From IMG/VR virus record IMGVR_UViG_3300032247_000312, positions 1 through 31,205 of that record: a DNA stretch of 31,205 nucleotides. The stretch is one strand, 5' to 3'. Source of the stretch: a virus. Taxonomy: Duplodnaviria > Caudoviricetes. The position numbers and the translations under genes were made by a program. Below, in pieces: positions 1 to 7,459 of the stretch. The notes under the pieces are model-generated. The model saw nothing but the letters and a program-made list of their open reading frames with translations. It was not told the origin of the DNA and made no database searches. Each line of letters begins with the position of its first letter. Position 1 is the stretch's first letter.

Positions 1-12
1 ATGAGGCGCAAC
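1..12. repeat. Left copy of 12-bp terminal direct repeat ATGAGGCGCAAC (candidate cos)
   Basis: Identical to 31194-31205. Confidence 0.85.
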
Positions 13-66
13 TCCGATGAATTTGACAGGATATAGGGTTCCCATAGGGGGTTAGGTGCTGATGCC

Positions 67-576
67 TCACTGCTGACCGCTGAGCCTCTCGTAGATCTCG
101 ACCAGTGGCTTGAGTTGATTGGCTACCTCGTGCCGCTCCTCGGGCGTCCAGCGCTCAATGGGACGCTGCGCAGTTTCCTTATTGAACCACGCACATATGT
201 TTCCCTTCCATCCCATCCACTTCGGTGAGTCGATCTTCGTTGGTGCCACCTCAGACGGATTACTGATCTTCTGGTCGATGACGCCGAGCAAGAGCAGTTG
301 CCTATGGTCAATGACCATCTCGGATCTAGCCTCTGACGTTCGGAAAATCGATAGATACGCCTTTGCGCGTTCAATCGTAATGCCCGGGACATTGTCTCGC
401 AGCCAGGCGAGCATCTTGCCGCGCGATAATTGCTCGGCCTGGGCGATGAAGTTGCCGGCATTCACTGCACAAAACATTGCATCTGATGCGCTGGTCTTGG
501 CGTTATTGGCAAATTCTTCTGCCCGGACATGCCAATGCTTAATTTGCTCCGCGACTGCTGATTCTAATTCGTTCAT
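67..576 (-). CDS. DUF3102-like phage protein (169 aa, start re-assigned to MNELES)
   Basis: AVNAGNFIAQAEQLSRGKMLAWLRDNVPGITIERAKAYL resembles the DUF3102 pattern. The longer ORF's N-terminal extension overlaps the upstream gene. Confidence 0.55.
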   Translation of the reverse strand: MNELESAVAEQIKHWHVRAEEFANNAKTSASDAMFCAVNAGNFIAQAEQLSRGKMLAWLRDNVPGITIERAKAYLSIFRTSEARSEMVIDHRQLLLLGVIDQKISNPSEVAPTKIDSPKWMGWKGNICAWFNKETAQRPIERWTPEERHEVANQLKPLVEIYERLSGQQ

Positions 577-916
577 TTGTTTTTTGGATAATGTGACGTT
601 TGCGAGATTGTCGTGATGCCTCCGAGGTTGCCTCGGATCGCATGTAGCGTGATGGCGGTAGTCCATGCTCGGTACAAAAGCGCCGCGCCTCGTAGGACAG
701 CGATGCCTTGGAACATCCAAGCATAGACGCGATCTCGGCCATGCTACGGTTTGAACAGATTGGATTATTGGTGGCGAATGCGATGCCCCACTTTTGGACG
801 CTGTCCACTTGCCGCTCGATTGCTCCATGCAGCACACGCATCAAGCAGTCAGCCGCTTCTCGGTAGAGATTTGGCGCTTGCTCATGTATTGAGATCAGAT
901 CGTGTTCCGGGTGCAT
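539..916 (-). CDS. HTH DNA-binding protein, sigma-region-4-like (125 aa, start MHPEHD); candidate late regulator
   Basis: SMAEIASMLGCSKASLSYEARRF helix-turn-helix. Lies at the distal end of the early operon. Confidence 0.55.
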   Translation of the reverse strand: MHPEHDLISIHEQAPNLYREAADCLMRVLHGAIERQVDSVQKWGIAFATNNPICSNRSMAEIASMLGCSKASLSYEARRFCTEHGLPPSRYMRSEATSEASRQSRKRHIIQKTNERIRISSRGAN

Positions 917-1085
917 GATCGTTTGACTTGCTACATTCCGTTTTCTCACGGCCCATAACTTCGTCAACCGATTCGTAATTTTTCCCGAGATCCTTCCCAC
1001 CGAAGATAGCGTCCCACCCCGATCTAAATCGCTCACCACCCACCGGACGCGGCGCGTCACCCTTGCCGTTTTGTGTTGTATTCAT
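882..1085 (-). CDS. Small hypothetical phage protein (67 aa)
   Basis: GKGDAPRP...W-D-x-I-F motif typical of a small phage protein family. ATGA overlap with the upstream gene. Confidence 0.55.
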   Translation of the reverse strand: MNTTQNGKGDAPRPVGGERFRSGWDAIFGGKDLGKNYESVDEVMGREKTECSKSNDHAPGTRSDLNT

Positions 1086-1732
1086 GCTGATAAGTCTAGT
1101 TCGTCATGAGGTAAAATTTTCCCATCAAGCCAGGCTCCAAGCGCTCTTGCTTGTCGGCCATTCTCTGTTCCTTGCATCCACCCAGTGCCATCGACTGATT
1201 CAACTCCGAGACGTTCGCAGATATGCAGGCGCTCAACCTCATTCACTCGACCTACATGCACCCTGCGTCCAGTAGCGCACCACATTGGTAGCGAGCGCCA
1301 TTTCCACTCAGTCGTGCCTCCGACAAATACAATGCAATCTGGTGGTAGATCCCTTGGTGTCATCCCATCTTGCACTGCAATGGCAAGCGGCCATTGATAT
1401 CGAGCTGCAACTGGAGCGTACATTTCCCACTTAGCTAGTGTCGCCTCTCGGTCTGCCACCACGTCTGGAACAAGAACCCACTTTGGTGACATTCCCGACA
1501 ATTTCACGCGGTCGAGCATTGCAATCCATGCAGCCTCATCCCACTCCCTGCTCTTTGTCCAGGCACTGAAAGCATCGTTGTCGAGAGCAAATGGCATCCA
1601 CGGTCTGAGCTTTGTCTTGGGAAGTGCTGTGGGACCAATGAGCCAGCCGATTTTGCCAGGATGTTTACCGCTCCAATAGTGCACGATTGCCGAGGAGTGG
1701 TTGGCAGGCATTACCATGAGTGGAGTATTCAT
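1082..1732 (-). CDS. TGT/DpdA-like (queuine tRNA-ribosyltransferase superfamily) TIM-barrel protein
   Basis: Motifs ALDNDAF, PDVVAD, AVQDG, FVGG, HVGRVN and ESVDGTGW parallel the TGT/DpdA motifs DSGxF, LDxxxD, QG, GG, HxLG and SxDS. Confidence 0.6.
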   Translation of the reverse strand: MNTPLMVMPANHSSAIVHYWSGKHPGKIGWLIGPTALPKTKLRPWMPFALDNDAFSAWTKSREWDEAAWIAMLDRVKLSGMSPKWVLVPDVVADREATLAKWEMYAPVAARYQWPLAIAVQDGMTPRDLPPDCIVFVGGTTEWKWRSLPMWCATGRRVHVGRVNEVERLHICERLGVESVDGTGWMQGTENGRQARALGAWLDGKILPHDELDLSA

Positions 1733-2628
1733 CCGAAAATCGCCTTTAACGAATCTCGATCAATGATGTCCCGCGCCTGCACCTGTTCCGGCTGCTTGAC
1801 CACGCTCGGCTTATCCTTGCTGGCCCATCGTTGCGCGTGGCCGTAGACATCACCGAAGTTCACCACGAATTGACCTCGGCTCTTCGGTTGCCAGAATCCC
1901 GCGCCTGTTTGCGTCCTAGCGGCCATGTAGCGCCGCAGGAGGCTCCAGTCGCTGTCGTCCATCTCAGACACCTGTCCAAGAGCGCTGTGGAGGTCGTGTA
2001 GCTCCATTGCCGACCATGCCGCAGGTTTCTGCCACTCAGGCTTGATCGAATTGATCTTTGCAATGATCTCTGAGCGATCCAGAGCAGAGCGAGAGCGAGC
2101 GGACGGAGCCTCTTCCTCTCTCTCTCTCTTAGTCTTATCTGTATCTGCTTCTGTATCTGCTTCTGCTATGTGCAGGTTTTTTGGGACATTCTGGGACATC
2201 GTGGGACATGTCCGGGACATGTCCGGGACATTTTGGGACATTTCTGGGACATTTTTGGCGTTTCTCTCCCTTTGCTCCCGATATCGACGCTTACGGTCAG
2301 CCTCGGCCTCCCTCTGCTCGTCCCGGCTTGCCATTTCCCGATACTTGGCATGGTTGAGTAAATACCAGCCTCCGTCGATCGCCTCGATGCGTCGGCCTTC
2401 GTCGTCCGGCGTCCGGCTGTATTCATCTGGCGAAAGGAATTTTCCGATGGCGATCTCAGCATCAGCGATGGAGACGCCAGCCACGCGAGCGAGTCCTGGT
2501 ATCGACGCTTGCACCTCGCCGTTCTTGTCGGCCAGTGCCAGCATCGTGATCCAGACGATCCGCGTCTTGTCGTCCTCGGTCCAGATGGTCGAGGTGATGA
2601 TTGAGTTGAATAGTTTCGTGTAGTTCAT
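1729..2628 (-). CDS. Replication initiator / replisome organizer (299 aa, start MNYTKLF)
   Basis: N-terminal YTKLFNSIITSTIW...LARVAG HTH-type domain, an RKRRYRE basic segment, an internal iteron array and an ATGA overlap at the start. Confidence 0.75.
   Translation of the reverse strand: MNYTKLFNSIITSTIWTEDDKTRIVWITMLALADKNGEVQASIPGLARVAGVSIADAEIAIGKFLSPDEYSRTPDDEGRRIEAIDGGWYLLNHAKYREMASRDEQREAEADRKRRYREQRERNAKNVPEMSQNVPDMSRTCPTMSQNVPKNLHIAEADTEADTDKTKREREEEAPSARSRSALDRSEIIAKINSIKPEWQKPAAWSAMELHDLHSALGQVSEMDDSDWSLLRRYMAARTQTGAGFWQPKSRGQFVVNFGDVYGHAQRWASKDKPSVVKQPEQVQARDIIDRDSLKAIFG
2183..2252. repeat. Seven GGGACAT iterons inside the initiator gene (probable origin of replication)
   Basis: Copies start at 2183, 2193, 2203, 2214, 2225, 2235 and 2246 (spacing 10-11 bp). 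An adjacent pyrimidine-rich TC/TCTG tract spans about 2111-2168. Confidence 0.75.
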
Positions 2629-3020
2629 TTTGTCTTGGTCTTGTTTCTCACTCTCTCCAGCACCCTCGCGATCGTGTCCCCATTCGCCTCGAGATCCTCG
2701 CCATGCTCCTTGATTAAGATCCGCAGCGCCTTCCGCGCGATGTTCCACTCTTCCGGCGTACCGATCTTGCCGTGATAGACTGGCTCCGAGCATCGCAGCA
2801 TAGCATGCGGCCCTGGACCGACGAGGTAGAGGCGTACACTTCCAACGTGGATCTCCCAAGGTGGCTTGATCTCGATCTTCTGGCGAATCTTGTCTAAGCA
2901 CGCAAGGCACGTTCTGCCATGGCACCGGGCATGTTCGTTATATCGGTAGGCATCAAGAGTCTTGAGTTCATCGCACCTGCGGCAGCGTCTCATCTCGACA
3001 GCTTCAGAATGGGATATCAT
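2625..3020 (-). CDS. Zn-finger hypothetical protein (CxxC...CxxC)
   Basis: CRRC...CLAC. The start is uncertain (3020 or 2993). Confidence 0.55.
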   Translation of the reverse strand: MISHSEAVEMRRCRRCDELKTLDAYRYNEHARCHGRTCLACLDKIRQKIEIKPPWEIHVGSVRLYLVGPGPHAMLRCSEPVYHGKIGTPEEWNIARKALRILIKEHGEDLEANGDTIARVLERVRNKTKTK

Positions 3021-3357
3021 CGTCTTCGTCTTCGATCGCGGGTGATGCTTTGGCGGTAGGCTTGAATGAGTTCTGCGTCTGTGCCGGCTGTCTCGGTTGC
3101 AGCAGCTTGCCATTTCCAAGGATATTGCCTTTCTCCCCGGCTTTCCTTCGCTCGGCCCCGACGTCCTGGCGGATCATTCCGCATTGACCGTATTGGTCGT
3201 CTTCGATGAGGTCAGCAAGATTCTTGGTTGGAATATTAGCGACAATATCAGTCAGCCAAAAGTCTAGATCGGCATAGACCGCGCCAGACTTGGCTTTGAA
3301 GAATAGATTCTTGTCGAGTTTTGTTACGTCGATTTTCAGTTTAATTAGTGTTGCCAT
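3004..3357 (-). CDS. ssb: Single-stranded DNA-binding protein-like
   Basis: Acidic C-terminal tail EDEDDDIPF after a Q/P/A linker. Lies in the recombination/replication module. Confidence 0.65.
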   Translation of the reverse strand: MATLIKLKIDVTKLDKNLFFKAKSGAVYADLDFWLTDIVANIPTKNLADLIEDDQYGQCGMIRQDVGAERRKAGEKGNILGNGKLLQPRQPAQTQNSFKPTAKASPAIEDEDDDIPF

Positions 3358-3411
3358 CGTTTTGTGTTGTTTGTTTTTCTGAGATTGTTTTCCAGTGTTC
3401 TACTTCAGTTA

Positions 3412-3675
3412 TCATATTTCCCATGTTTGAGTTAGTCCATTGTGACCGCACTGCTCACAATCATCCTTATCATATTCTTGCTTGCTGCATTGGAGTATTT
3501 GCAGCAGGTCGTGCAAATCAATGCTCCAATCTGTTAATCCCTTTAATAGTTTGGCGCAAAGTGCGCTATTAAAAGCGAGAAGCTCGTCGTGTTCTAAATC
3601 ATAAATGTTCTCGTCGTTCACGATTACATAAGTACCCATGCAACCGTTGTATAGTTCTACTTGGTACTTGCTCAT
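3412..3675 (-). CDS. Hypothetical protein (87 aa) with C-terminal CxxC
   Basis: ORF in the AT-rich accessory block, with CEQCG. Confidence 0.55.
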   Translation of the reverse strand: MSKYQVELYNGCMGTYVIVNDENIYDLEHDELLAFNSALCAKLLKGLTDWSIDLHDLLQILQCSKQEYDKDDCEQCGHNGLTQTWEI

Positions 3676-3743
3676 AGTATTTTGATTGCGATTACAATGA
3701 CGATGATTGCGGCGATTGCGAGTTGGATTGTTTCGTTAGTCAT
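3672..3743 (-). CDS. 23-aa hydrophobic micro-peptide MTNETIQLAIAAIIVIVIAIKIL
   Basis: Translated by hand. A/C-rich leader, ATGA overlap with the next gene and a single TM-like helix. Confidence 0.5.
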   Translation of the reverse strand: MTNETIQLAIAAIIVIVIAIKIL

Positions 3744-3755
3744 TTTGGTTGGTTA

Positions 3756-4031
3756 TCATTTCAGCACCTCCTGCACTTCGATGCGTTCCCAATTTGAATC
3801 GATTCGATTTTGATGGCAAATTTGATGGGTATGTTTGTTGATGTATATCACAAACGTGCGCGGTTCTGGTTTGATGCGGTACCTTTCTGGATCATCGCCA
3901 AATGAGATTTCTTCATCTTTTTCAAAATCCTCCCAATATGAGGTATCATCGTATTCTCGATATTGTAGGTTCTTGCCATCAACCCACGCTTGGATAAGCG
4001 GCAAAAATAAGTGTGCGTTCTCTTTATTCAT
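3756..4031 (-). CDS. Hypothetical phage protein (91 aa)
   Basis: LPLIQAWVDGKNLQY...YRIKPEP pattern common in phage accessory proteins. Confidence 0.6.
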   Translation of the reverse strand: MNKENAHLFLPLIQAWVDGKNLQYREYDDTSYWEDFEKDEEISFGDDPERYRIKPEPRTFVIYINKHTHQICHQNRIDSNWERIEVQEVLK

Positions 4032-4222
4032 AGTTCATCTTGGTATGCTATTTCTTCGATATCCATCAGCTTGTTCACAATTCTGTGGGCAACTGGCAAT
4101 GTCATAAGCGAGTTTTTCCCTTCTGGGAATTCTTCGCCATTGAGTTTCATTACCCATAGGCTTGAATTTATTTCATCCGTAAGATCACATTGATCATCGT
4201 GTAGTTCTAAGGTGATTTTCAT
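4028..4222 (-). CDS. Hypothetical acidic protein (64 aa)
   Basis: ORF with an ATGA overlap to the next gene. Confidence 0.5.
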   Translation of the reverse strand: MKITLELHDDQCDLTDEINSSLWVMKLNGEEFPEGKNSLMTLPVAHRIVNKLMDIEEIAYQDEL

Positions 4223-4232
4223 GGTTTAAGAA

Positions 4233-4308
4233 TGGTCAGCGAGCAGGGTTAGCGACCTGCGTTTCCCAGTTTATCGGTCTGGGCGACTTCGATCAAGTCC
4301 ATCGCTGG
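4233..4308 (-). ncRNA. tRNA-like cloverleaf RNA ending in CCA (non-canonical)
   Basis: The - strand reads CCAGCGA-TG-GACTT/GATCG/AAGTC-G-CCCAG/ACCGATAAA/CTGGG-AAAC-GCAGG/TCGCTAAC/CCTGC-TCGCTG-A-CCA. It is 76 nt long and intergenic. Confidence 0.7.
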
Positions 4309-4313
4309 TTGGG

Positions 4314-4469
4314 TTATGGTTTTTCGTCGTACCTCTCGTCGTCATGCGAATCGTGGTCTGGATCATTATCTGGATCTGGTCCAGGTTCAGCAGGCCCATC
4401 GCACAGAGGACAGAGTGATTCTGGATCGGGCCAGTTGGTCGATCCGCATAGGGAGCATGAATGTTTCAT
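4314..4469 (-). CDS. 51-aa Zn-ribbon protein with acidic tail (start MKHSCSLC)
   Basis: CSLC...CPLC followed by a D/P-rich tail. ATGA overlap with the upstream gene. Confidence 0.55.
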   Translation of the reverse strand: MKHSCSLCGSTNWPDPESLCPLCDGPAEPGPDPDNDPDHDSHDDERYDEKP

Positions 4470-4825
4470 TGTTTGACGGCTTTCATGGCCTTGTTGAGTA
4501 GTTTCTTGAATTCCGGTTCGTCCTCGTAAAGTTCGCCTGCACGTTTGATGTGATGCGGGACGATGCTGTGATCTGATCGTCCGATTGATATCGCAGTGCG
4601 CTGCAAGGACCAGTGTGGGTAGATGCCACGGATGACGTTTGTGTAAATGATCCGCGCCCAGGCAACCTCTTTGATCCGACTGTGACCCAAAATACTGAGA
4701 GATGATACGCCACACACATCGGCGATCTTGTTAAGGACATCGAGGTCGCGGCTGATTAATCCATCCTTGGTTCTTCTTTCGAGTTCCCGCATGAGATCCT
4801 TCGAGCTATACCTTTCAAGGCTCAT
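4466..4825 (-). CDS. DnaA C-terminal (domain IV) HTH-like protein
   Basis: ILGHSRIKEVAWARII...SLQRTAISIGRSDHSIVPH matches the DnaA domain IV consensus (SR..V..ARQ..SL..IG.RDHTTV.H). Confidence 0.8.
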   Translation of the reverse strand: MSLERYSSKDLMRELERRTKDGLISRDLDVLNKIADVCGVSSLSILGHSRIKEVAWARIIYTNVIRGIYPHWSLQRTAISIGRSDHSIVPHHIKRAGELYEDEPEFKKLLNKAMKAVKQ

Positions 4826-5253
4826 TTCAGTCTCCTTCCGTATTCCGCGATCAGCAGCGCGTCTGCCGTCGAGTGGGTGATCTTCAGCGTCGGAAAGAGC
4901 TCCTGCGCTCGGCGTTTGCTGACATTTTTATCTCCCTTGGTCATGCAGCCGAGAGCTTTCTGCCACGCTTGTGGTCGAATGCGCTCGAAAGGTATACCGC
5001 AGGCCGTCAGAGCCATCTCCAGATGACCAAAGCCATTGCCAAAAGTAAAAGCACTTTTAACACCCATTTGGGGGCTTGAATGCACCTGCTCAATGTAAGC
5101 TCGGCAATTTCCATCGTAACCCATGCTGTAAGAATTGAGCAATTCAAACAAGTCCTGCAAAGTCTCTGGCATTTTGTCAGCATAGGCGTCTCCTTTTTGG
5201 TCGATTACGGCGATTCCGCCATTTTTTCCCGGGTCGATTCCGATGGTGATCAT
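4822..5253 (-). CDS. RuvC-like Holliday junction resolvase
   Basis: IGIDPG, YIEQV, SAFTFG, PQAWQK and ADALLIA motifs. Confidence 0.85.
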   Translation of the reverse strand: MITIGIDPGKNGGIAVIDQKGDAYADKMPETLQDLFELLNSYSMGYDGNCRAYIEQVHSSPQMGVKSAFTFGNGFGHLEMALTACGIPFERIRPQAWQKALGCMTKGDKNVSKRRAQELFPTLKITHSTADALLIAEYGRRLK

Positions 5254-5882
5254 GCTTCCAAAATGGTTGGCAGCACGACCTTGCGGCGCTCTGCATAGAA
5301 TATTAGAAACCGATCCAACGCATCCGATAGTTGCTTGGTATACTCATCGCGATCCACCCGGATGATGAATGGATTCATACCTGGACAGTAGGACATGAAA
5401 TACCAGTGTTTCAGTCCAGTGACTGCCATCGAGCCATGCACCTGTGCGCGGTATGCATCCGGCACCTTATTCTCGACATGATACTTGATGTGGTTTTTCG
5501 CGAGCGGACATTTGATCTCCAGCCCGGCGATCCACTTCGATGAATTAGGATTGGTCACAAGTCCATCCGGCGAGCATCCGATGACGCCATCGTCCCTGGT
5601 GATAAATCCAACCTCGCTGACTTCGAGATCCATCATCTCAGCGAATAGATCACGAGCTTCTGGCTCCAGCTCGTTGCCGCGATCGGTATGCCGGTTACCC
5701 TCGAAACTGATCTCATCTGGCCGAACGCATTGGGCGATCAGTTCGATTGCGAAATCCTCCCACTGTGATGAGTCCTTGCCAGTAGCCGTCAAGATCCGCG
5801 AGAATTGCGATGCTGTGGGCCTGCCTGAGCGAGCGCGAAACCACTCTTCGGACTGCTGGATCATGTGAGGGTGGATAATCAT
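5250..5882 (-). CDS. YqaJ/lambda-exonuclease family recombination exonuclease
   Basis: QQSEEWFRARSGRPTAS, GNELEP, GCSPDGL, LEIKCP and AQVHGSM. Start set at the ATGA overlap. Confidence 0.9.
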   Translation of the reverse strand: MIIHPHMIQQSEEWFRARSGRPTASQFSRILTATGKDSSQWEDFAIELIAQCVRPDEISFEGNRHTDRGNELEPEARDLFAEMMDLEVSEVGFITRDDGVIGCSPDGLVTNPNSSKWIAGLEIKCPLAKNHIKYHVENKVPDAYRAQVHGSMAVTGLKHWYFMSYCPGMNPFIIRVDRDEYTKQLSDALDRFLIFYAERRKVVLPTILEA

Positions 5883-6097
5883 AACCAGTCCTCCCATGCT
5901 CGTTTCGCCGCAGCCGTGAATCCATTAGCCTTGGAGATGTTAACTTGAAAGCGTAGACTCTGCCTTGCATCCTTGAGTTGTCCAAAGATCTGCCTTCCGA
6001 TGTCACGGAATGCCGCGAGTTCCTCGGCTGCATTCTCCGGCGGTGGAGTTGCCGCGATCAGGTCGATCGCTCGATGTGCTTGTTCCTCGGCGGTCAT
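5879..6097 (-). CDS. Hypothetical protein (72 aa)
   Basis: ATGA overlaps on both sides. Confidence 0.55.
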   Translation of the reverse strand: MTAEEQAHRAIDLIAATPPPENAAEELAAFRDIGRQIFGQLKDARQSLRFQVNISKANGFTAAAKRAWEDWL

Positions 6098-6762
6098 AGT
6101 AGTTCTGGTTCAATGGCGTCAGCGTCAAATCCGGCGCTTGGCTGTTCTTGGATTTCTTCCTTCACAACTTCCAACTTCGCAAAAGGATTGATTGGAGCGT
6201 CAAGCTTGACCACTTTCGGCGTCACGTTTCGCATTCCGCCGATGTCACGCGCTTCGTCCTCGTCGTGAATGCCGCCAATGCCGAATGCCACGCGGATCGC
6301 CTGGATCATCGCCTTGTTGCGAAGCATGCGCCTCGGCATTGTGCGCCACGGATCAGTCTCGCGTTTGCATTCCTCGAAATACTCGGTGATCACTACCGGG
6401 TGAGCGCGATCCTTGAGGTGGATTGTGCAGGTTGCGTGGGTTGGATTTTTATCGTCGCCGAATGTTGCGACATCCATGCCATCGAAGTTAGGCTGGCGAT
6501 TGGCGATCTTTAGCCAGCCATCGATACCCACCATCGGAGTGATGCCGCCACCCTTTTTCGGGAATGCATATAGCTCCTTGAGTAGTGGATTGAGCTGATA
6601 GGTATTTGCCGTGACGACAAGCGCTAGCAATTCCTCGTCGGTCGCGCCCTTAAATACAGTGGCTTTCAATGTAGCCAGCAGCTTGGCAGGCTCGACGCTG
6701 ATGTTCTCGGCCATGACGGCCAATGCGGATGGTTTATGTGGTGTGATTTCAGTTGTGCTCAT
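6094..6762 (-). CDS. recT: RecT/Bet family single-strand annealing recombinase
   Basis: LNPLLKELYAFP, VGIDGW, PWRTMPRRMLRNKAMIQAIRVAFG and DEDEA. Adjacent to the exonuclease. Confidence 0.9.
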   Translation of the reverse strand: MSTTEITPHKPSALAVMAENISVEPAKLLATLKATVFKGATDEELLALVVTANTYQLNPLLKELYAFPKKGGGITPMVGIDGWLKIANRQPNFDGMDVATFGDDKNPTHATCTIHLKDRAHPVVITEYFEECKRETDPWRTMPRRMLRNKAMIQAIRVAFGIGGIHDEDEARDIGGMRNVTPKVVKLDAPINPFAKLEVVKEEIQEQPSAGFDADAIEPELL

Positions 6763-7004
6763 TTTAGGTATTGGGTGATTATTGGATGGAGAAAATATCC
6801 GATGGTGACCAGTGATGCGCAGATGACCGCGAGGCAGATTGTGAGGATCATGGATTCAATGTGATTCGCATCCTCTTGTAGGTAGTCAAAGAGCGCCTCG
6901 CGCCGGCGATCGGCCTCGGCTGTTTTCTTAATTAGCTCAATGTCGGCCTGCGGCTGATTACCAAAGCACGGCACCTTTTCGCGGTAGTTGATCTTGTCTG
7001 TCAT
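6759..7004 (-). CDS. Hypothetical membrane protein (81 aa)
   Basis: C-terminal hydrophobic helix and ATGA overlaps. Confidence 0.55.
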   Translation of the reverse strand: MTDKINYREKVPCFGNQPQADIELIKKTAEADRRREALFDYLQEDANHIESMILTICLAVICASLVTIGYFLHPIITQYLK

Positions 7005-7201
7005 AACATTGAGTATTGGGCAAATCGCTTGCCGTTTTTCTTGGCGATCTTGGTGGTGATATGATGGCCGTCAGCGCGGAGATCCGAGATCCGTGCCGCG
7101 AGCCGCAGGCATCCGAATTTTTCTAGAGCGTCGATGGGAGTTATGGGTTTGCCTTTTGCAAGACAGTTGAGGATTTTGATGGTTTGCGATCGTGTTTTCA
7201 T
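7001..7201 (-). CDS. Small winged-HTH protein (HTH_39-like)
   Basis: ITPIDALEKFGCLRLAARISDLRADGHHITT is the typical family signature. Confidence 0.8.
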   Translation of the reverse strand: MKTRSQTIKILNCLAKGKPITPIDALEKFGCLRLAARISDLRADGHHITTKIAKKNGKRFAQYSML

Positions 7202-7207
7202 TGGTTT

Positions 7208-7459
7208 TTATTGGTCGAATTTCGCTACGATTTCCTTGGTGAGAATGATGCCGTTGCCATTGGCAGGAGCGAATTTGTCCTCGCGGTGACTCATCATTGA
7301 GACTGCGAAGATGTCCTTTGGTCCGAATGGAAGAATCCGGTAGAATTCACCTTTCAGACGCTCGATGCAGAACTGGTAGCCGTGGCTTGATTCCTTGCGG
7401 ACGATAACGAATGGATCTCGTTCCGTGCTTCTAAGTTTAAAGTATTTTCGAGTTATCAT
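7208..7459 (-). CDS. Hypothetical protein (83 aa, start MITRKY)
   Basis: Start re-assigned to the ATGA overlap with the upstream peptide. Confidence 0.5.
   Translation of the reverse strand: MITRKYFKLRSTERDPFVIVRKESSHGYQFCIERLKGEFYRILPFGPKDIFAVSMMSHREDKFAPANGNGIILTKEIVAKFDQ

Noticed and set aside
23-28. + strand TTGACA next to the left end (another at 26099-26104)
   Set aside because: Wrong strand for the gene set and not followed by a credible ORF. The copy near cos could be a packaging element, but I cannot support that.
2183-2252. GGGACAT repeats as a CRISPR array
   Set aside because: Repeats are 7 bp with 3-4 bp gaps and no spacers. They fit iterons.
4233-4308. Calling the element a functional tRNA-Ile(GAT)
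   Set aside because: 9-nt anticodon loop without U33, no TTC T-loop, no GG in the D-loop and only a 6-bp acceptor stem. Kept as a tRNA-like ncRNA.
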